Assembly (NCBI GenBank): GCA_038087875.1
Contig: CM075997.1
Coordinates: 7,070,001 to 7,134,000, forward strand
Reading direction: 5' to 3'
Length of the DNA stretch: 64,000 nt
From: Malacoraja senta
Lineage: Eukaryota
A program made the position numbers and the translations under genes. A model generated the notes under the pieces. It was not told the DNA's origin and did no database searches. It saw only the letters and a list, made by a program, of their open reading frames with translations. Below, in pieces: positions 60,810-64,000 of this stretch; position 1 is the stretch's first letter, and each line of letters opens with the position of its first letter.

Positions 60810-62249
60810 TAATTCACTTTGGCACGAATCAAACTAACCATGGATCATCTGCAGGCAGTTATGATTCGCTTATGAGTTATAGAGTCATAGAGTTTTACTG
60901 CCTAGTTCTGCTCCTAGATGTTATGAACTTATGAACTTAATTTGGCATCATGTTAGGTACAGACATTGTGGGCCGAAGGGCCTGTTCCACTGCTGTACTG
61001 GTCTATGTTCTTTGAGGGGTGACCTTATTGAATTGGACAAAATCATGAGGGCATTGGATAAATTGAACACTCACAGTCTTTACCCTGGAATAGAGGGTTC
61101 TAAAACTAGAGGGCATAGGTTTAAGGTGAGAAGGAAGAGTTTTAACAGGGACCTTGGTGGGCAACCTTATCACTCAGAGATCGTCCATATCTGGAAAGAA
61201 TTGCCAGCAGAAACTGGAAGCGGATACAATAATGACGTTACACTGTATGTCATGTTGTTACTTGTGGGCGGAGCACCAAGGCAAATTCCTTGTATGTGAA
61301 TACTTGGCCAATAAACTTACTTACTTAATTACTTATAACAACTTTCAAAAGACACTTGGACAGGTCTATGGATAGGAAGGGTTTAGGGGACTATGGGCCA
61401 ACTGCATGTAAATGGGACTAGCCCAGAATGCCAACTTGGTCAGCAAGGATAATTTGGAGAAACAATGAACTGCAGATACTGGCTTGCAAAATAAGACACA
61501 AAGTGCTGGAGTAACTCAGCAGATCATGCAGCATCTGTGGAGAACGAAGATAGGTGACATTTCGGGACGGACCTTCTTCAGGCCTTGGATAGGAAATGGT
61601 TTAAGAGGGATGTATAGACAAAGTACAGGCAGGTGGGTCTAGTGTAGATGGGTCAGCATTGGCAAGTTGGGCCGAATGGCCTAATTTTTGTTTCCATGCT
61701 CTATAACTCGGCGTACAGGCAGCACGGTGACGCAGCGGTAGGAGTTGTGGCCTTGCAGCGCCAAAGTCCCGCGTCCGATCCTGACTATGGATGCTGTCTG
61801 TACGGAGTTTGCACGTTCTCCCCGTGACCTGCGTGGGTTTTCTCCGAGAACTTCCGTATCCTCCCACACTCCAAAGACGTACAGGTTTGTAGGTTCATTG
61901 GCTTGGTATAGATGTAAATTGCCCCTAGTGTGTGCGGGGATCGCTGGTCGGCGCGGACTCGGTGGGCTGAAGGGCCTATTTCCGCACTGTGTCTCTAATC
62001 TAAACTAAATGAAGACTCAAGAACAAGGACCATTATAAGTCAGGAATCACCCATCAAAATGCATACTCACTTGGTAATTGTTAGTGCACATAATGGGTGG
62101 TGAATCTGTGGAATTCTTTGCCACAGACAGCTGTGGAGGCTAAGTCAATGGATGTTTTTAAGGCAGAGATAGATAGATTCTTGATCAGTGCGGGTGTCAG
62201 GGACTATTGGAAGAAGGCAGCAGAATGGGGTTAGGAGAGATAGATCAGC

Positions 62250-62655
62250 CATGAGAGAGGATCTCATTGAAACATATAAGATTATTAAGGGTTTGGACTC
62301 GCTAGAGGCAGGAAACATGTTCCTGATGTTGGGGGAGTCCAGAACCAGGGGCCACAGTTTAAGAATAAGGGGTAAGCCATTTAGAACGGAGACGAGGAAA
62401 CACTTTTTCACACAGAGAGATCTGAGTCTGTGGAATTCTCTGCCTCAGAGGGCGGTGGAGGCAGGTTCTCTGGATACTTTCAAGAGAGAGCTAGATAGGG
62501 CTCTTAAAAATAGCGGAGTCAGGGGATATGGGGAGAAGGCAGGAACGGGGTACTGATTGGGGATGATCAGCCATGATCACATTGAATGGCGTTGCTGGCT
62601 CGAAGGGCCGAATGGCCTAATCCTGCACCTATTGTCTATTGTCTAATGTCTATTG
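62250..62655 (+). mobile_element. CR1 LINE 3' fragment
   Basis: ORF 62188-62556; (attgtct)n tail. Confidence 0.9.
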
Positions 62656-63394
62656 ATTGAATGGCGGAGTAGACTAGATGGGCCGAATGGCCTAATTCTG
62701 TTCCTATCACCTATGATCTTATGACTTTATAGTGAAGACAAAGGTATGGGCTGACCATGAGAGGCAGAGTGAGGAAGGAGACCATGAATTATGTAGAGAG
62801 CGGGCTGGAAACTGTGTTGCTAGGCGTGTAGCTGGTGCATAATTTGTATGGATGGCAGCAACTGTGTGGGCCGTGTCTGTGGTACTAAAATCAATGCTTC
62901 CCCTGGTTTTATTTTCAGTAATAATTGCTTTTGTAGAAATAAACAAATCATTTATGTCACGGTGCAGCACTTTTGAAACACATATCATCCAGAAAATTTA
63001 CTTTGAAATGTTTTTTTTTTAAAAGCAGTGACCAGTCAGACTGTAACAGGATCCCACTGTCGGCAGTTTAATACACGCCTGCTCGGGCAGGTTGGTTAAT
63101 GGAGGCATGTTGGGCCAGGGGATTGATGGCATGCAGAGAATGGTGCCAGGCAGAGAATAGTGCCACGGTGGCACAGCGGTGGAGTTGCTGCCTCACAACG
63201 CTTGCCGCAACGGAGACGCGGGTTCGATCCCGACCACGGGCGCTGTCTGTAAGGAGTTTGTACGTTCTCCCCGTGACCCGAGTGGGTTTTCCCCGAAATC
63301 TTCGGTTTCCTCCCACACTCTAAAGAGTTGCTGCGTGATAGAGTGATACAGTGTGGAAACAGGCCCTCCAGCCCAACTTGCCCACACCAGCCAA

Positions 63395-63865
63395 GATAGA
63401 TAGATAGAATCTTTATTTGCCACACGACCAGGGTTGGTGGTAATTGGGTTCGGTACATGATGGTACACTGCTTTAGCACATTAACACTAATAACAACACA
63501 GATCATAATAATAAAGTGCATCCATACCACATCACAAATCACAAATCTCACCAACAATACATAGTGCAAAAGAACAGACAAAAACCATAGACAAGACACT
63601 GTATACATCAAAGTCAAAAAGTTATTGGAGGGAATTAAGTGTTCTTATTGCTGAGGGGAAGAAACTGTTTTTAAAGCGGGTGGATTTTGTAGCAAGTGAC
63701 CCAAGGCGCCTCCCTGAAGGGAGAGACTGGAAAAGGTGGTTTGCTGGATGGGAGGGGTCCGAGATGATCTTTGTTGCCCGTTTTGAGGTACGTTGGAGGT
63801 AAATGGAATGGATTGAGGGGAGGGGAGAGTTGATGATCCTAGAGGCCTTGGAGACAATGTCCAAG
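63395..63865 (-). mobile_element. Rex1/Babar-like LINE 3' fragment
   Basis: KIISDPSHPANHLFQSLPSGRR...RFKNSFFPSAIRTLN. Confidence 0.78.
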
Positions 63866-64000
63866 CTACACTAGTCCCACCTGCCTGATATGGGGTACTG
63901 ATTGTGGATGATCAGCCATGATCACATTGGCTCAAAGTGTCAAATGGCTTACTCCTGCACCTATTGTCTATTGTCTATTGCCTGCGTTTGGTCCATATCC

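Overview
This window looks like repeat-saturated intergenic or intronic DNA from a cartilaginous fish, most likely a skate or ray. That is inferred from HE1-type V-SINEs sharing 3' tails with HER1/CR1 LINEs. I found no convincing host protein-coding exon. The only intact coding unit is a full-length L1-clade LINE (47981-54239) with ORF1, ORF2, polyA and a 12-bp target-site duplication (TSD). The rest is nested fragments: CR1 LINEs, V-SINEs, Rex1/Babar-like LINEs, Penelope-like elements (PLEs), 13 PIF/Harbinger-type MITEs, a Tc2-like element, two LTR remnants, a tRNA-Ser pseudogene and microsatellites. Most interesting: (1) a minimal hammerhead ribozyme motif in more than 20 PLE tails, including ~100-bp ribozyme-only insertions and a retrozyme-like unit carrying cargo; (2) an LTR fused to ~41 nt of mature tRNA-Leu including CCA; (3) MITE families sharing terminal repeats, a central palindrome and an insertion hotspot in the SINE; (4) a duplicated, decayed, unidentified ORF with third-codon-position divergence. 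Family assignments come from recognising motifs, not from database searches, and many boundaries are approximate.
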